Part shown: positions 34,415-35,985 of the stretch, piece by piece | How positions within the stretch are numbered: position 1 is the first letter of the stretch | Layout of the letters: each line of letters opens with the position of its first letter | Assembly (NCBI GenBank): GCA_036273495.1 | Contig: DASUHN010000226.1 | Coordinates: 1-35,985 of the forward strand | Length of the DNA: 35,985 nt | Source: Acidimicrobiales bacterium | GTDB lineage: Bacteria; Actinomycetota; Acidimicrobiia; Acidimicrobiales; JAJPHE01 | Reading direction: 5' to 3' | Program-made: the position numbers and the translations under genes | The notes under the pieces: generated by a model | What the model was told of the DNA's origin: nothing | The model's database searches: none | The model's input: the letters and a program-made list of their open reading frames with translations, nothing else

Positions 34415-35985
34415 TCAGTGGCGGTGACGGTGGCTGCCGCTGCCGACGGTCGACGATGTCGAAGACGTTGACGAGGTCGAAGACGTTGACGAGGTCGAAG
34501 ACGTTGACGAGGTCGAAGACGTTGACGAGGTCGAAGACGTCGACGACCTCGAGGACGTCGACGAGCCCGATGAGGTCGTAGAGGTCGTCGGGGCGCGCAC
34601 CGGTCGCGCCGTGGTGCTCGTGGGTGCGGCGGCCGACGTCGACGTGGTGGTCGGACGGTGCCGGCGGGCCTGGGTGGTCGACGTGGTGGTTGGGGCCACC
34701 GTCGTCGAGGTCGTCGACGTCACCGGGTGACGGCGGTGGTGCGAGCCCGACCGGGTCGTGGCGGTCGTGTCACCCGCTCCGGTGGTCGAGGTCGGGGTCG
34801 GGCCCCCGGTGGTGCTGGTCGGGCCCGCTCCGGGGTGCTGGCGATGGTGCCGGGAGGGGCCGGTGGGAGTGGTCTGGTCGGGCGCCCCGGGATGGGGCTT
34901 CCTGACCCCCTTGGCCGGCTCGTTCCTGGCCGGGGTGCTCTTGGCCGGGGTGCTCTTGGGCGGGGCGTGCCGGGCCGGATGGGCCCCGGCCCCGCCCGCC
35001 ACCACCGGCAGGCCCGGGCCCGAGCTCGACACGTCGGGGATCTCCGGCCGGGTGGCCCCCACGAATGCGGGGCTGAAGCCGGCCACCGGCTCGATCCTGA
35101 CCACGGCCCCGGTGTGCGGGGCGTCGATCATCTTCCCGGCCCCGACGTAGATCCCCACGTGCTCCACGCCGCGCGGACCGGACCCGAAGAACACGAGGTC
35201 TCCGGCGTACAGCTCGGCTCCCGCCGGCAGACGGGGACCGGCGTCGTACTGGGACTGGGCCACCCGGGGCATGTCGATGCCCGCCTCGGCCATGACCCAC
35301 TGCACCAGACCGGAGCAGTCGAAGCCGACCTTGGGGTTCTCCCCGCCCCACACGTAGGGCGTGCCGAGGAAGGCCTCGGCATCGTGGACGATCACCGAGC
35401 CGAGGCCGATGCTCCCCGACGCCGTCGGCTCCTCACCGGCCCGGGCCTGGTACTGCCCGGCGAGGGCCAGCACGGCCGACACGTAGGCGGCGGAGTGGTT
35501 GTAGGCGAACACGGCGCCGTAGAGGCCCGCCGGGCTGCCGGCGCCGTCGGCGCACAGGAGCCGGGCCGCCGACCAGATGGCGTCAGGCGAGTCGTACGGG
35601 GAGGGCGGGGCCGCGCCCCCCGGGGCCACGACGCCGTAGGCGGCGAACGTCCACGGCAGGAACTGCATCGGCCCCTCGGCCCCGGCGTAGTTGGCGCCCG
35701 AGTGCACGCCGGGCAGCGAGGACTGGCCGTTGTCGCTCTCGACCGTGCCGATGGCGGCCAGCACCGCCCAGGACAGACCGGGGCAGGTGGTGGATGCCTC
35801 CTCGTACCAGGAGAGGTAGTCGTCCGGTATCCCGGTCAGATGGGCGGGAGCCGAGGCGGGCCGGGGCGGCGGCGCCGGGGCGGGCGTGCCGGCCGGAGCC
35901 GGAGCGGGGCTCGGAGGAGGCGGCGGGGCCGGCGGGAGATGGGTCATCAGGCCGTCGACGTCCTCCACCTTCCACCCCGAGCCGT
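34415..35985 (-). CDS. Bifunctional cell-wall hydrolase: lytic transglycosylase (SLT-like) domain plus NlpC/P60 (C40) peptidase domain plus a ~200-aa P/T/S-rich tail. The 5' end probably runs off the window.
   Basis: SLT-like: AAIGTVESDNGQS..GPMQFLPWTF. NlpC/P60: LGTPYVWGGE..GFDCSGLVQW..HVGIYVG..IDAPH. The frame stays open to nt 35985, and the first in-window start is GTG 35968. No signal peptide is seen in the visible N-terminus. Confidence 0.85.
   Translation of the reverse strand, partial: GSGWKVEDVDGLMTHLPPAPPPPPSPAPAPAGTPAPAPPPRPASAPAHLTGIPDDYLSWYEEASTTCPGLSWAVLAAIGTVESDNGQSSLPGVHSGANYAGAEGPMQFLPWTFAAYGVVAPGGAAPPSPYDSPDAIWSAARLLCADGAGSPAGLYGAVFAYNHSAAYVSAVLALAGQYQARAGEEPTASGSIGLGSVIVHDAEAFLGTPYVWGGENPKVGFDCSGLVQWVMAEAGIDMPRVAQSQYDAGPRLPAGAELYAGDLVFFGSGPRGVEHVGIYVGAGKMIDAPHTGAVVRIEPVAGFSPAFVGATRPEIPDVSSSGPGLPVVAGGAGAHPARHAPPKSTPAKSTPARNEPAKGVRKPHPGAPDQTTPTGPSRHHRQHPGAGPTSTTGGPTPTSTTGAGDTTATTRSGSHHRRHPVTSTTSTTVAPTTTSTTQARRHRPTTTSTSAAAPTSTTARPVRAPTTSTTSSGSSTSSRSSTSSTSSTSSTSSTSSTSSTSSTSSTSSTSSTVGSGSHRHRH
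34459..34566 (-). repeat. 18-nt tandem repeat (4 perfect plus 2 diverged units) encoding (TSSTSS)n in the hydrolase tail
   Basis: GTCGAAGACGTTGACGAG occurs at 34459, 34477, 34495 and 34513. Diverged units follow at 34531 and 34549. Confidence 0.9.

Noticed and set aside
1-35985. Mobile elements, prophage, toxin-antitoxin, restriction-modification or other defence systems
   Set aside because: I saw no integrase, transposase or recombinase, no phage structural or nuclease/helicase/methylase motifs, no flanking tRNA, and no compositional island apart from short intergenic dips.

Overview
This is a very GC-rich (roughly 70% by eye), gene-dense chromosomal segment of actinobacterial type, with GTG/TTG starts, G/C-saturated third codon positions and many 4-nt stop/start overlaps. 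I can support about 31 protein genes. I see no rRNA, tRNA, CRISPR, transposase, integrase, phage or recognisable defence genes, so it reads as core and accessory metabolism plus cell-envelope functions rather than a mobile island.

Gene order, left to right:
- fabF (3' part), fabZ and bcp.
- A three-gene formate dehydrogenase-N-type operon. Its alpha subunit is split in the ORF track by an in-frame TGA that is almost certainly selenocysteine, with a candidate SECIS hairpin 12 nt downstream.
- A GH15 hydrolase with an SDR, then a hemerythrin.
- An ABC1/UbiB kinase next to a 790-aa PAP2-like / kinase-like / MprF-flippase-like fusion membrane protein.
- Transketolase, a PBP5-type carboxypeptidase and a DHA2 MFS pump.
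- A ~0.5 kb stretch whose coding signal hops between frames (probable pseudogene).
- A ROK/polyphosphate glucokinase, then a hydrolase / Gfo-Idh-MocA / PPOX operon.
- A stand-alone, probably degenerate EAL protein.
- GlsB/YeaQ with a D-aminoacylase, then SRPBCC, CsbD, NAPRT, an SDR and a stand-alone Amt.
- A secreted S8 protease ending in 26 consecutive SSWNG-type pentapeptides.
- An SDR with an LLM oxidoreductase, then an SLT/NlpC-P60 wall hydrolase with an S/T-rich repeat tail.

I found no clear multi-gene novel system. The most unusual items are the SSWNG repeat domain, the Sec-containing and apparently Tat-less FDH with an NrfD-type anchor, the tri-domain lipid-type membrane protein beside ABC1, the degenerate EAL, and the frame-hopping region upstream of the MFS gene. 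All family calls come from motif recognition by eye; no searches or folding programs were run.
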